Part shown: positions 37,701 to 52,536 of the stretch, in pieces
Layout: each line of letters opens with the position of its first letter
Position numbering within the stretch: position 1 is the stretch's first letter
Source: Haliotis rufescens
Taxonomy: Eukaryota
Length of the DNA stretch: 64,000 bases
Reading direction: 5' to 3'
Assembly (NCBI RefSeq): GCF_023055435.1
Contig: NW_025963879.1
Span: 1 to 64,000 of the forward strand
Notes under the pieces: model-generated
Told to the model about the DNA's origin: nothing
Database searches by the model: none
What the model saw: the letters and a program-made list of their open reading frames with translations, nothing else
Translations under genes and position numbers: made by a program

Positions 37701-39590
37701 CACGATTCTGATGGATTTCTCATTCGATTTGTGAATTGCGTTGCAAAACATGTATATATTTATGTGGGTTATAGTCTAGAAACCAGATTCTGGGGGAATT
37801 CCCATTCGAATTGTGAATTGTGTTGCAAAAAGGTATTGATGTAAATGTATGGGTTTATATGTCCAGAAACAGGATAACACCTATATGTATTAAACTGTTA
37901 GTGCGAGTTTCATTCCATGTCATTTAATATATATCACAACCAAAGAGTTAGTAAGTGGGTTCGCATTGACTAGTATATCATTAGATTCGTGTCAGCTTGT
38001 GGGTGGAAAGACCGAAGGGATGCAGGTCTTAGACGTTTACCGCTTTGTGAAATCTACGAGCACAGCTAAAGTGCTGACAAACCTAGAAACATAATCAAGC
38101 AGACCTGGGATTAATACCATGGATAATTAATATATGGCACGCCCAAGGGACACGCGTCTCTGCACAGTTGGTTGGTTGGCTGGTTTGTTGTTTAACGCGA
38201 CACTCAGCAATATCCCATCTACATGACGGCGGTCTGTAAATAATCGAGTCTGGACCAGACAATCCAGTAATTAATATCATGAGCATCGATCAACGCAATT
38301 GGGATGAATGACATGCATCAAACCTCGTCATTGAACCTATGAACAAACCTATGATTGTGGGTTCGAATCCCGGTTCGCCCCGATTATGTATCTAGGTTTG
38401 TCAGCACCATACCCGTGCTCGTGGGTTTCACCGAAGTGGTAAACGTCCGAGACCGCTTTCTTCCCACATTAAGCTGACACGCCGTGATATAACTGGAATA
38501 CTGTTAAAAGCGGCGTTAAACCCAACTCACCCACTCACTCACACAATTGGCTACCATACACACATCAATATGTTGTGGCTTGGTCATTAGTGAAAGGGGG
38601 CACGGGTGGCCCAGTCGTCTAAGGCGCCGCGGTTTGCTGTGCAGAGTTGCGTCCCTTGGGCACGCCAGAAACCTATGATTGTGGGTTCGAATCCCGGTTC
38701 GCCCCGATTATGTTTCTAGGTTTGTCAGCACCATACCCGTGCTCGTGGGTTTCACCGAAGTGGTAAACGTCCGAGACCTGCATCACTTCGGGCTTTCCTC
38801 CCACATTAAGCTGACACGCCGCGATATAACTGGAATACTGTTAAAAGCGGCGTTAAACCCAACTCACTCACTGATTAGTGAAAGGTGCATCTCCCAAGGG
38901 AGATGATCATCCATCTGTGACGCCACCATAAACATTATTTTATTTTATGTCTTTATTTCGTTCATCGTAATCCCCGCGTGTATTCCGGGACAGAATGGAT
39001 CCCATCACAAACTGCTTCTCCCGTGAGCCGACAATTATAGGGATAATGTGATTACAGAGTACGACCAGTTTGATTGTGCGGTCGAGTCCGGATCGTTGTT
39101 ATCTACTATATTGCCTATCCCTGATCTGAATAATCGGGTAGCCTAGTGGTTAAAGCGTTCGCTCGTCACGTTGAAGACCCGGGTTCGATTCCCGACATGG
39201 GAACAATGTGTGAAGCCCATTTCTGGTGTCCCCCGCCGTGATATTGCTGGAATATTGCTAAAAGCGGCGTAAAATCAATCTCACTCACTCACTCTGAATT
39301 ATTAGAGGCCGCTCAGATATAATATAGTTGACTGCATCGCAAAACAGTCACCCTTTCAAGTTAACATTTGAGTCATTAAGCGCTTCTCATACCTGTTATC
39401 CCAAATCAGTTCCGTATAGATTCCATTACCTGTAATTTGCCTTTCAAAATTGGATGTATCCTTAATTATGCTGTTAGTGAAATTCAACAAATGCAACATA
39501 ACCGATGTCCTGATAGTGACAAAAATCATTTCTGGTAATGCCTTAAGTTAGTCTGACAGTACATGTTATCAGTTTGGGTAGTAGATACTA

Positions 39591-40986
39591 TACTCACACA
39601 CAAAATAAACGCAAGTGGTTTTAAGCAAATAGGTAACAAACACGGAACCATAAATTGAAACGAGTTTTAGCATGTAGTGAAGCCTGATGGTGTTATCAAT
39701 ATTTTTGGTTGCATTTTGGAAGCCCCGAGTAAAAACGCAACATAAAAAACACATCGCCAAAATGCACCATTTCAATGAATATATAGGTATCATGCACCCA
39801 TTTCTCGCGAAATCAAAAATGCACGAACTGTCACGAACTGTAGTGGGTATAAAAGTGTGGCCGATTCTTGGACCTACCACTCCTTGGTTAACAATGCCAC
39901 GCCTAACTCAAATTCAGAGAAACCAGGCTATCGGACGTTTGGAAGCTGGAGAGTCTGTCCAAGATGTTGCCCGTCATTTCAACGTTAACATAACCACAAT
40001 TTACCGTCTCCTGCATCGATACAATGCTACACAGACCACAGATGACCTTCCTCGGAGCGGTCATCCTAGGGTCACCACACCTCGACAAGATCGGCAGACA
40101 CTGCGATCCGACGTCTCCGTTCCAACAACCTCAGATGTCGCCGACCAGCACGTCGTCCTGTTCTCCAACCACGGCATCGACAAGCACGACTTCAGTGGGC
40201 ACAGGGTCATTGCAATTGGCGTCATCGTAAGTGGAGGCGTGTCATCTTCTCTGATGAAAATCGCTTTTGTGTCTCCCATGCAGACGGAAGAGTCAGAATT
40301 TGGCGACGTCGAGGTGATCGTTTCGCTGACAGAAACGTTGTTGAAAGGGATCCATGAGGTGGACCTAGCGTCATGATATGGGCATGGATTGGACTTAATG
40401 CGAGACTTGGAACCCTGTGCTTTCTGAATGTTGGTCAAGGTCGGGGACACAGCGTCACTGCTCAGCGGTATATCGACAAAGTGATCAGACCCATTTTCCA
40501 GCAGGACAATGCTCGTCCCCATGTTGCCAGAGCTACCATGGCCTTTCTGCAACAACACAACATCCGTGTTCTACCGTGGCCAGCCCTGAGGCCTGATCTT
40601 GGATGAGGTTCAAAGGCGTCTGCACAATGTGCGCCCAGTCCCTACAACTGCCCATGAACTACGCACAGCTGCTCTGGATGTGTGCAGGAGGATCCCTAGG
40701 GCCTTCACAAATCGTCTGATCCACTCAATGTACAGGAGATGTGTGGCAGTGATCAATGTTAATGGTGGTCACACCAGGTATTGACTGACATTTTGGGTAT
40801 TGACCCTAAAATGCTGTGTAAGCCCTTAACATTTGAAAAAAATAATTATGTCATCTACCTTTTAATCAATTATACTGTCTTCAGTCAATTTTTTGTCAAT
40901 CTTGCCCTATTAGTATTTCTTGTCTTTACTGTTGAAAATAAATAACATGTAAACTGCACACTCGACGTTTCTTTTGAGTGTGAGTA
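39591..40986 (+). mobile_element. Tc1 transposon (unit 3 copy), defective
   Basis: Same element and flanks. Confidence 0.9.
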
Positions 40987-41777
40987 TATTTTATGCCAAA
41001 TAAACAATGAAATCTGTATCATGTAACCCCACTTACAATTTCACAAAGCTTTAGCACATGAACTTCTCCGTAATTATAGGTGGCACAGACACAATACACA
41101 ACAATAACCAAAAAACACAAATATACATTTTTATATGTTATTACCATTTTCATTTTTACCATCCCTTGGGAAACAAAACTTAAAAGGAACATATTAGCAC
41201 CAGCATTTAAAAATACATGTGAATACGTTTTCCCATTCTAGCACTTAACACTATTTACACTTTGAAGACATAAACAATTGACAATTACACGATACGATTC
41301 CCATTGCCTAATTCCGTGATAGTTATGTTTACATTCTATTTCCACCTGTTGTACAGGTAACCATTTCAACAGCAAACGTGTCCAGTGGAATGCGTTAATT
41401 TGTTTGTTCGCTTAAGACAATGCAATGCTGGATAATGATCGGCACCGACCAACCTCATAGCATTAAAAAACATTCATTTTCTGATTGATTTTTGTTCACG
41501 TGGCGCATTAATGATTTAAGAAATTCAGTTTTGTGCACATCTAGACCAAACAGTTCACCATGGATGTGGATATGAGAAATTGATTTGCACCGACCAAACC
41601 CACCTTAAAACATTCTTATACATTCATTATCTGATTGATTTCGTCAATTCATGTGAGGCACGAATGATTTAAGACAAGCAACTTTGTGTAATCTTCACGA
41701 AACAGTCCATCATGCTTGATGTGGAAATATAATTCTGTACGTACATTGTAGTTAAACAGACGGAGGTTGTGTTGAAA

Positions 41778-42989
41778 ATGAGCTGCAGTACACTCGTATT
41801 CCTTATGGCTACATCTCTTGTGTCACTCAGTGCTACTGATGTTGAAGCTGACCGGAGGCAGAGTCTGAAGACCCTCAAGTCTCATCTTGAGACTCTTTTA
41901 GATCCAGAATTACCGCCGATAAATCCACATTCGAATGCTATTGACGTAGCTATTACAATCGGGCCAGTGCAGGTTCATGATTTGGTTGATACAACCCAAG
42001 TTCTCACACTGGGAACCAATGTGATAATGCATTGGAAAGATATGGCTCTAGTTTGGAATACATCTGACTATTCGGACATCAGTAAAATAGAGATATCTCC
42101 AGACAAGGTATGGCAGCCTAATGTGGTTTTGGGGAGCAAGGCTTTTGATGACGGTCCCTTACGGACAACGATGCCCATTCAGCTGAAAAGTGACGGCTCA
42201 CTGTCTTGGCACAACGTCATGACGATTTCAGTGATATGCAAGACCTTCCTCTCAAGATATCCATTTGATAGCCAGATTTGTCCAATGACATTTACCCCAG
42301 GAATGGGATATGACGTAGTCCTGCATCCATCCGTCACTTTTTTCACTCGTGGTTTGAAGGTAGACACCAATGGAGAGTGGGAGACTGTCAACGTTACGTC
42401 CTCAACATCACCCTATGCCGATGGAAGTACATTCCAGGGTGCAATATTCTATGTTCATCTGTCCAGAAAATACTTGTTCCACATCTTGAACCTGGTTTTC
42501 CCAATGTGCCTACTATCTTTCCTGAACAGCTTCGTTTTCCTTCTGCCGGCTAGCTCGGGGGAGAAGATGGGCTTTCTCATGGCTGTGTTTGTGTCAAACG
42601 CACTGTTCCTCAATCTGATCCACGCTTCCATGCCGTCAACGTCTGATACTGTTTCTAACCTCTCTCTCTACCTCGTCGCAATCCAAATTGAAGGTTTTCT
42701 CGCCATCGCTGCCACCATCTTGGTACAGAACGTTTACCACTGCCAGATGAACAGGAAGGAGAGCGGTGCAAAGATGACACAGGTTGTGCCTCAGGATTGC
42801 CTCCAGAATGCCATGGCTAGTCCTATCACTGCTGAGACCCCTACCGTGCATACGGATCGCAAACATGGGGAGACAATGAATTGCTCAAAAAAGAGAATCC
42901 CTTCACTGGACAGAAAGCTGGATTGTGTTTTCTTTGTGTGTTTCACTGTTTTCGCCATTGTAGGCTTATTGTGTCTCATTTTTGGATAA
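41778..42989 (+). CDS. Intronless nAChR-like Cys-loop subunit copy B3
   Basis: Intact ORF, near-identical to B2. Confidence 0.93.
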   Translation: MSCSTLVFLMATSLVSLSATDVEADRRQSLKTLKSHLETLLDPELPPINPHSNAIDVAITIGPVQVHDLVDTTQVLTLGTNVIMHWKDMALVWNTSDYSDISKIEISPDKVWQPNVVLGSKAFDDGPLRTTMPIQLKSDGSLSWHNVMTISVICKTFLSRYPFDSQICPMTFTPGMGYDVVLHPSVTFFTRGLKVDTNGEWETVNVTSSTSPYADGSTFQGAIFYVHLSRKYLFHILNLVFPMCLLSFLNSFVFLLPASSGEKMGFLMAVFVSNALFLNLIHASMPSTSDTVSNLSLYLVAIQIEGFLAIAATILVQNVYHCQMNRKESGAKMTQVVPQDCLQNAMASPITAETPTVHTDRKHGETMNCSKKRIPSLDRKLDCVFFVCFTVFAIVGLLCLIFG

Positions 42990-44909
42990 ATGTGTACGTG
43001 AAAGTCACACAGATCCCGCTTCAAAGCAAAAAGACGCACGCTTTTTCCAAGTCAACAAAAGTCACGTGATATTGCACAAAGTTACCCTCAGATCCATCGA
43101 ACAGCTGTTTTCTAACAATTTTGAATTTGTTTTTATTCTTTTACAATGTCATATTAGAACATGTCAGTAAGACAAATGCGTTGTAGCAGTATATCTCGGG
43201 GTACATAGCGTTTTTATGCGTCTGGCTCATGACACCTAACGCAGGACGCATAAAACCACATCTACCCCTCATGATACTGCTACAAATTATATGACACCTT
43301 CGGATACATGATGGCGTGAAATCTGAAAATATCCTCACGCATCCTTGATAATATATTCATTGCACACTGACGTCAAGGCTTCCTTGCATTTAATGGCTAC
43401 TACATTGTTTCTTCAATATCCTTGACACTATATGTTATTTTCGTTTGTTTTATTTCCAGATTATTTCTTCACTTTGATATTTTAACAACGTGAGACATAT
43501 TGTCTGACATGACACTTCTCGTTAACTGCATTTGTTATTCAGGGATGTGTTTGGTTTCCTATTCAGGTGGAGTAAAAGATATTGCTACTTACTTTTGTCC
43601 TTAAATTGCTTTCAAATGTTCGCTTTGCAGAGTTGCGTTCAGTGGGGGAACCAGAAAATATGATTATTGGCATGTGTTTTATCATTGCATTTGTTACGAA
43701 ACATTAAGACCAAATATTATGTTTATATCAATAACATAACATTTACGCCACTCTCTATGAATCACAGTAACTTTTTTCGCTATTATGTTATATATTTATG
43801 TGCAGATGTGTAATTTGTGTTGTTGGTTTTAAGTAATTATTAAAGTTCCCTATACCGTGATATATTTAACCTCGTTGTATGGTCTATGGTACATAAATTG
43901 ACATGGTTTAAATGATAAGCAGGAAAGCCATTACTGTGCATTAAGAAGTTGCATTAGAAGGGGCATTGTTGATGGGACAATAACAATCTAACAATTGATA
44001 CTTCGTAATTGAAACTGGAGATACTAATGGTGTTACTGTTTGCTTGTTGTTTAACGCCGCACTTTGCAATATCCAAGCTATATGACGGCGGACTGTAAAT
44101 AATCGAGTCCAGACAATCCAGGGATTGATATCATGAACATCGATCCACGAAATTGGCATCGATGACATGCATCAACCAAGTCAGCGAGCCTGACCACCCG
44201 ATCCCGTTGGTCGCCTCTTACGACAAGCAGAGTCGCTTTTTACAGCAAGCATGGGTTGCTGAAGACCTATTCACGGGTGATTTGACAGAGGAAAAATACT
44301 GGGATGTTTTCTTCTTCATCAAACATTGATTATTTATATGATATCAAAAGGCTCGAGGATGAGAGTATATTTATTATCCGATTACCCGGAATCAATTATC
44401 ACAAAAATATTTGATTAAGTTGGCGTCTATTGAGTTACAAACGTACACGTCAGTGTGCGCAATGCCGCTTTCACTCTACATTTTAAAACTATCCCTCCAT
44501 AAACAGAACTGAAGTATAAAGTTTTAGGAATTCGCATATAAATGATGGCTATGGATTACTTTACCACCTACTGAAGATGACACTGAGATCTGTTTAACTG
44601 CCAAGTGTTTCTTTAAATTGAGTTCATGTTTAAAGATCGCCGATGAATTGTGTTAGAAGCTTTCATTGTCTTCACAAAACTTTAAATAGCCACTTCCTAT
44701 GCCAATTTACCGGGCGATGCTAATGGATTTCTCATTCGATTTGTGAACTGTGAAGGGATGCAGGTCTTATATAGACGTTTACCGCTTTGTGAAATCTGCG
44801 AGCACAGCTATAGTGCTGACAAACGTAGAAACATAATCAAGCAGATCTGGGATTAATACCATTGATAATAAATATATGGCACGCCCAAGGGACACGCGTC
44901 TCTGCACAG

Positions 44910-45160
44910 TTGGTTGGTTGGCTGGTTTGTTGTTTAACGCGGCTCTCAGCAATATTCCATCTACATGACGGCGGTCTGTAAATAATCGAGTCTGGACCAG
45001 ACAATCCAGTAATTAATATCATGAGCATCGATCAACGCAATTGGGATTGATGACATGCATCAAACCAAGCCAGCGAGCCTGACCACCCGATCCCATTAGT
45101 CGCCTTTTACGACAAGCATGGGTTGCTGAAGACCAATTCTACCCCGAGTCTTCACGGGTC
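44910..45160 (-). mobile_element. Full SINE-M nested in a minus-strand SINE-B
   Basis: TSD GTCTCTGC(A/G)CAG on both sides. Truncated in the other units. Confidence 0.82.
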
Positions 45161-45310
45161 GTCTCTGCGCAGCGACTAACGGGGCCTTTAGACATTTAGG
45201 TCACCCGTGCGGCCGTGCACCATAATACAAGGGTAGGATTTTCTCTCTTGCAGACAGTTAAACCTGTCGTACGTAATTAAGTTAAACAATCTACACATGT
45301 TATATTACTT

Positions 45311-45470
45311 GAGTGAGTGATGTGTTACGCCGCTTTTAGCAATATTTCAGCAATATCACGGCGGGGGTCACCACAAATGGGCTTCACACGTTGTACCCAT
45401 GTCGGGAATCGAACACAGGTCTTCAACGTGACGAGCGAACACTTTAACCACTAGGCTACCCAACCGCCCC
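45311..45470 (-). mobile_element. SINE family A copy
   Basis: Reverse complement of 21933-22090. Confidence 0.85.
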
Positions 45471-46672
45471 TAATATGACTTGAAGGTAACGCTAAGCCAT
45501 ACTATTACAATAGGCTGTCATGGATGTTCATGCAGCCAGTGGAAACATATAATTATCCCATATTGTATCTTAATTATATATCGGATTTAAAAGTAAACTT
45601 GAGCACCCATCCTTGACCCTGCTTACGTTTCTTTATATATCAACACACTCGTGATATGGTTGGTTGAGAGTGGATGTTAAGAGCAACATAATTTTCTTTT
45701 GAAATCGGGACTTTTATCAGATTTGTATTCAAATTATCTAATAGAAATTTGTTTTATATAAATATACCATTAAGCGAATCGTGTGGACTCGAACTCGGGT
45801 TAGAATGGGTTCCCTACTGCTTGTCGTGAGAGGCAACTTAATTTAATGGGGTGGTCAGACTCGGTGGCTTGGTAGATTGCGTGACATCGGACCCCGACTT
45901 TGGCCAAAATTAAACTGCAGGTTTTTATCTGACCTAGTCTCTGTTTATCACAGATAATCGTAATATTGCTGGAATGTTGCTGCTGTGGGGCGAAACACGC
46001 ACAAACAAAACCTTTAGGACAACTTTCCCGTATGGCGCTTAAACCTAAATTAATGATTTACGTAACTGACAAGAATACACCAACCATAAAACAAGCTAAT
46101 CTTATATATATAAGCGTTTCGTCGTTAATATTTTTTTTACTTGAATTAACATCTGGGAAATCCATATAAAGTCACTTATATACATATATAACCGGTATGT
46201 GTTTCAATAGAAATTCATTCTGTCGAAATTACAGGTGTTTAACATTCATTCTACAATGATTTTGAAAAACTGGATTCTGACTGGTCAACCAAAGGTTGCA
46301 ATTCACAATAACAACCGCTGAAAAAGTTAGTTGATTTAGAGACCACTTCAGCGCGGAAGTAAACCTTTTTTAAAGAAAGGAACTTTCTCAATCATTGTCG
46401 ATATGCATTTTGAAATATGAATGTTCAATTATATGTTCCGAAATACAGACAAGCGGTTACTAAAAATTCAACACAGAAGAAAACTGGACAGAAATCGACT
46501 AAGAGAATGTATAATACGTTTTAGAGTCTGAAATTTGGCGCTTTTCTACATCCAGCTGAGACATCTGATCTTTTCCGTATCAATAATCTGCGTGACTTCA
46601 CAATAGCCACAAGAGCGGTGTAGACCTACAACTTGCAACACCATGAACAGTAAATTATATTTTGCCTTTCAC

Positions 46673-46912
46673 TTGTTTATTTGTTTGTTGTTTGACGCCG
46701 TTCACAGCAATATTCAAGCTATATGACGGCGGTCTGTGAATAATCGAGTCTGGACCAGACAATCCAGTGACTGACATCATGAACATCGATCCACGCAATT
46801 GGGAAGCGATGACATGCATCAACCAAGTCAGCGACCCTGACCACCCGATCCCGTTAGGCACCTCTTACGACGAATATAGTCACCTTTTACGGCAAGCCTG
46901 GGTTGTTGAAGC
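46673..46912 (-). mobile_element. SINE-like family M copy
   Basis: Match to the family consensus. Confidence 0.8.
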
Positions 46913-48669
46913 TTAATACATTGCATTGAATAAAATGGGATATTACAAATGTACTCATTCTATAATTATGTCAATTTTTTCCAACGTGCCATGTGTACAC
47001 TTAATTCATACAGTGTGTTTCACTTTTAATATCTGTATCCTCATACCTTTACCTGTCTACATGGATGTATACCTATTTCTGTTCCACTGTGACAAGTGTG
47101 AACTCAAGGTTCCTACGCATAATCTGGATGGTTTCTAAAACCCTATATTGGATCCTGGGACTTGCCCACGTGGTGAAGATACAAGTGGTGAGATACAACG
47201 TCTGTACCTTACACGTGTGCCGTACAAGGCTGAATTCGTTTGGATTGGATAACTGTGACCTCGGTCGCATCGGGACTACCTTTTGTATTCATAAACAATC
47301 ACAGAAACGTCATTCACTTTACAACATTTTACTTCTACGAGCTAGAACTGAAGGAATCTCACGAAAACGAGAGACATTTACAAACAGTATATTAAACCAA
47401 ACAAGATATTCACACGCGTCAAATTCGCTTAGCATTCTATATTGGTTATGTATCGAGATGCTACAGACAAAATGAACTATTTCCATTACCATGTGAACGA
47501 CGTCATAGCTGAAGTTTTGCTGAGTGCGACTATAAGCAACAAACAGAGATTACCATGTGTGACTACAGATAGATGTGGTCTATGTGAGCGTGATACACCC
47601 GACCACTTTCCCTCAATTCAAAGAACGGGGGAACGGGTGGCCCAGTCGTTTAAGGCGCCGAGATTCGCTGTGCAGAGTTGCGTCCCTTGGTCATGTCAGA
47701 AACCTATGATTGTGGGTTCGAATCCCGGTTCGCCCCGATTATGTATCTAGGTATGTCAGCACAATACCCGTGCTCGTGGGTTTCACCGAAGTGGTAAACG
47801 TCTGAGACCGCTTTCTTCCCACATTAAGCTGACACGCCGTGATATAACTGGAATACTGTTAAAAGCGGCGTTAAACCCCACTTACCCACTCACTCACACA
47901 ATTGGATACCATACACACATCAATATGTTGTGGCTTGGTCATTAGTGAAAGGGGGCACGGGTGGCCCAGTCGTCTAAGGCGCCGCGGTTTGCTGTGCAGA
48001 GTTGCGTCCCTTGGGCACGCCAGAAACCTATGATTGTGGGTTCGAATCCCGGTTCGCCCCCATTATGTTTCTAGGTTTGTCAGCACCATACCCGTGCTCG
48101 TGGGTTTCACCGAAGTGGTAAACGTCCGAGACCTGCATCACTTCGGGCTTTCCTCCCACATTAGGCTGACACGCCGCGATATAACTGGAATACTGTTAAA
48201 AAGCGGCGTTAAACCCAACTCACTCACTGATAAGTGAAAGGTGCATCTCCCAAGGGAGATGATAATCCATCTGTGACGCCACCATAAACATTATTTTATT
48301 TTATGTCTTTATTTCGTTCATCGTAATCCCCGTGTGTATTACTCACTCACTCTGAATTATTAGAGGCCGCTCAGATGTAATATAGTTGACTGCATCGCAA
48401 AACAGTCACCCTTTCAAGTTAACATTTGAGTCATTAAGCGCCTCTTGTACCTGTTATCCCCAATCAGTTCCGTATAGATTCCATTACCTGTAATTTGCTT
48501 TTGGAATTGGATGCATACTTAATTGAAATTGGATGTATACTTAATTATGCTGTTAGTGAAATTCAACAAATGCAGCATAACCGATGTCCTGATAGTGACA
48601 AAAATCATTTCTGGTAATGCCTTAAGTTAGTCTGACAGTACATGTTATCAGTTTGGGTAGTAGATACTA

Positions 48670-50048
48670 TACTCACACACAAAATAAACGCAAGTGGTTT
48701 TAAGCAAATAGGTAACAAACACGGAACCATAAATTGAAACGAGTTTTAGCAGTGTAGTGAAGCCTGATGGTGTTATCAATATTTTATGTTGCATTTTGGA
48801 AGCCCCGAGTAAAAACGCAACATAAAAAACACATCGCCAAAATGCACCATTTCAATGAATATATGGGTATCATGCACCCATTTCTCGCGAAATCAAAAAT
48901 GCACGAACTGTCACGAACTGTAGTGGGTATAAAAGTGTGGCCGATTCTTGGACCTACCACTCCTTGGTCAACAATGCCACGCCTAACTCAAATTCAGAGA
49001 AACCAGGCTATCGGACGTTTGGAAGCTGGAGAGTCTGTCCAAGATGTTGCCCGTCATTTCAACGTTAACATAACGACAATTTACCGTCTCCTGCATCGAT
49101 ACAATGCTACACAGACCACAGATGACCTTCCTCGGAGCGGTCATCCTAGGGTCACCACACCTCGGCAGACACTGCGATCCGACGTCTCCGTTCCAACAAC
49201 CTCAGATGTCGCCGACCAGCACGTCGTCCTATCTCCAACCACGGCATCGACAAGCACGACTTCAGTGGGCACAGGGTCATCGCAATTGGCGTCATCGTGA
49301 GTGGTGGCGTGCCATCTTCTCTGATGAAAGTCGCTTTTGTGTCACCCATGCAGACGGAAGAGTCAGAATTTGGCGACGTCGAGGTGATCGTTTCGCTGAC
49401 AGAAACGTTGTGGAAAGGGATCCATGGGGTGGACCTAGCGTCATGATATGGGCAGGGATTGGACTTGGAACCCTGTGCTTTCTGAATGTTGGTCAAGGTC
49501 GGGGACACAGCGTCACTGCTCAGCGGTATATCGACCAAGTGATCAGACCCATTTTCAAGCAGGACAACGCTCGTCCCCATGTTGCCAGAGCTACCATGGC
49601 CTTTCTGCAACAACACAACATCCGTGTTCTACCGTGGCCAGCCCTGAGGCCTGATCTGGGATGAGGTTCAAAGGCGTCTGCACAATGTGCGCCCAGTCCC
49701 TACAACTGCCCATGAACTACGCAAAGCTGCTCTGGATGTGTGCAGGAGGATGCCTAGGGCCTTCACAAATCGTCTGATCCACTCAATGTACAGGAGATGT
49801 GTGGCAGTGATCAATGTTAATGGTGGTCACACCAGGTATTGACTGACATTTGGGGTATTGACCTTAAAATGCCGTGTAAGCCCTTAACATTTGAAAAAAA
49901 TAATTATGTCATCTGCCTTTTAATCCATTAAACTGTCTTCGGTCAAATTTTTGTCAATCTTGCCCTATTAGTATTTCTTGTCTTTACTGTTGAAAATAAA
50001 TAACATGTATACTGCATACTCGACTTGTGTTTCTTTTGAGTGTGAGTA
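48670..50048 (+). mobile_element. Tc1 transposon (unit 4 copy), defective
   Basis: Same element. Lacks the internal stop seen in the other copies (DPWGG). Confidence 0.9.
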
Positions 50049-51324
50049 TATTTTATGCAAAATAAACATTGAAATCTGTATCATGTAGCCCCGCTTACAA
50101 TTTCACAAAGCTTTAGCTCATGAACTTCTCCGTCATTATAGGTGGCACAGACACAATATTATTTGCAGAATTATCAGCCACAGAAAGAAGGTAGTTTTGG
50201 ACATAAACACTAATTGAAGGAACATAATAGCATCCACCTTAAAATCTCCACGAACCTATATAATGTGGGGACATTTGTACCCATGCAGAGATACAAGTGA
50301 TAAAGATGCGCTGTGTCCGGGTGGCGATCCTTCTTGTTGTTGTTGTGGTGGTGGCGTTCCTTTTTGTTGTTGTTGTTGTTGTTGTTGCACCTCTAGAGTC
50401 TCTCCGATGTTCCGCCTGACAGTCTGAAACGAATTTGGGGAGCATCGTCAAGAAGTGAAGGATATGGCGCTACTTCTGGAACAAAACGAGTCTGAAGGAA
50501 TGAACGTGTTACCTATAGATCTATTGACACAGAGGAGCGTTTACCGACATATTGATACATCTTCACTGGCAAGAACAATTTGAAGAAACAACTTTTTTTC
50601 ACCACTGCCAACAACAAATATAGCTGGCACATTGAGTTTGGCGTTAAACAATAACCAAAAAACACAAATATACATATTTATATGTTATTACCATTTTCAT
50701 TTTTACCATCCCTTGGGAAACAAAACTTAAAAGGAACCTATTAGCACCAGCATTTATAAATACATGTGAATACGTTTTCCCATTCTAGCACTTAACACTA
50801 TTTACACTTTGAAGACATAAACAATTGACAATTACACGATACAATTCCTATTGCCTAATTCCTTGATAGTTATGTTTACATTCTATTTCCCCCTTTTGTA
50901 CAGGTAACCATTTCAACAGCAAACGTGTCCAGTGGAATGCGTTAATTTGTTTGTTCGCTTAAGACAATGCAATGCTGGATAATGATCGGCACCGACCAAC
51001 CTCATAGCATTAAAAAACATTCATTATCTGATTGATTGTGGTTCACGTGGCGCATCAATAATTTAAGAAATTCAGTTTTGTGCACATCTACACAAAACAG
51101 TTCACCATGGATGTGGATATGAGAAATTGATTGGCGCCGACCAAACCCACCTTACAACATTCTTATACATTCATTATCTGATTGATTTCGTCAATTCATG
51201 TGAGGCACGAATGATTTAAGACAAGCAGCTTTGTGTAATCTTCACGAAACAGTCCATCATGCTTGATGTGGAAATATAATTCTGTACGTACATTGTAGTT
51301 AAACAGACGGAGGTTGTGTTGAAA

Positions 51325-52536
51325 ATGAGCTGCATTACACTCGTATTCCTTGTGGCTACATCTCTTGTGTCACTCAGTGCTACTGATGTTGAAGCTGACC
51401 GGAGGCAGAGTCTGAAGACCCTCAAGTCTCATCTTGAGACTCTTTTAGATCCAGAATTACCGCCGATAAATCCACATTCGAATGCTATTGACGTAGCTAT
51501 TAAAATCGGGCCAGTGCAGGTTCATGATTTGGTTGATACAACCCAAGTTCTCACACTGGGAACCAATGTGATAATGCATTGGAAAGATATGGCTCTAGTT
51601 TGGAATACATCTGACTATTCGGACATCAGTAAAATAGAGATATCTCCAGACAAGGTATGGCAGCCTAATGTGGTTTTGGGGAGCAAGGCTTTTGATGACG
51701 GTCCCTTACGGACAACGATGCCCATTCAGTTGAAAAGTGACGGCTCACTGTCTTGGCACAATGTCATGACGATTTCAGTGATATGCAAGACCTTCCTCTC
51801 AAGATATCCATTTGATAGCCAGATTTGTCCAATGACATTTACCCCAGGAAAGGGATATGACATAATCCTGCATCCATCCGTCATTTTTTTCACTCATGGT
51901 TTGAAGGTAGACACTAATGGAGAGTGGGAGACTGTCAACGTTACGTCCTCAACATCACCCTATGCCGATGGAAGTACATTCCAGGGTGCAATATTCTACG
52001 TTCATCTGTCCAGAAAATACTTGTTCCACATCTTGAACCTGGTTTTCCCAATGTGCCTACTATCTTTCCTGAACAGCTTCGTTTTCCTTCTGCCGGCTAG
52101 CTCGGGGGAGAAGATGGGCTTTCTCATGGCTGTGTTTGTGTCAAACGCACTGTTCCTCAATCTGATCCACGCTTCCATGCCGTCAACGTCTGATACAGTT
52201 TCTAACCTCTCTCTCTACCTCGTCGCAATCCAAATTGAAGGTTTTCTCGCCATCGCTGCCACCATCTTGGTACAGAACGTTTACCACTGCCAGATGAACA
52301 GGAAGGAGAGCGGTGCAAAGATGACACAGGTTGTGCCTCAGGATTGCCTCCAGAATGCCATGGCTAGTCCTATCACTGCTGAGACCCCTACCGTGCATAC
52401 GGATCGCCAACATGGGGAGACAATGAATTGCTCAAATAAGAGAATCCCTTCACTGGACAGAAAGCTGGATTGTGTTTTCTTTGTATGTTTCACTGTTTTC
52501 GCCATTGTAGGCTTATTGTGTCTCATTTTTGGATAA
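51325..52536 (+). CDS. Intronless nAChR-like Cys-loop subunit copy B4
   Basis: Intact ORF, near-identical to B2. Confidence 0.93.
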   Translation: MSCITLVFLVATSLVSLSATDVEADRRQSLKTLKSHLETLLDPELPPINPHSNAIDVAIKIGPVQVHDLVDTTQVLTLGTNVIMHWKDMALVWNTSDYSDISKIEISPDKVWQPNVVLGSKAFDDGPLRTTMPIQLKSDGSLSWHNVMTISVICKTFLSRYPFDSQICPMTFTPGKGYDIILHPSVIFFTHGLKVDTNGEWETVNVTSSTSPYADGSTFQGAIFYVHLSRKYLFHILNLVFPMCLLSFLNSFVFLLPASSGEKMGFLMAVFVSNALFLNLIHASMPSTSDTVSNLSLYLVAIQIEGFLAIAATILVQNVYHCQMNRKESGAKMTQVVPQDCLQNAMASPITAETPTVHTDRQHGETMNCSNKRIPSLDRKLDCVFFVCFTVFAIVGLLCLIFG

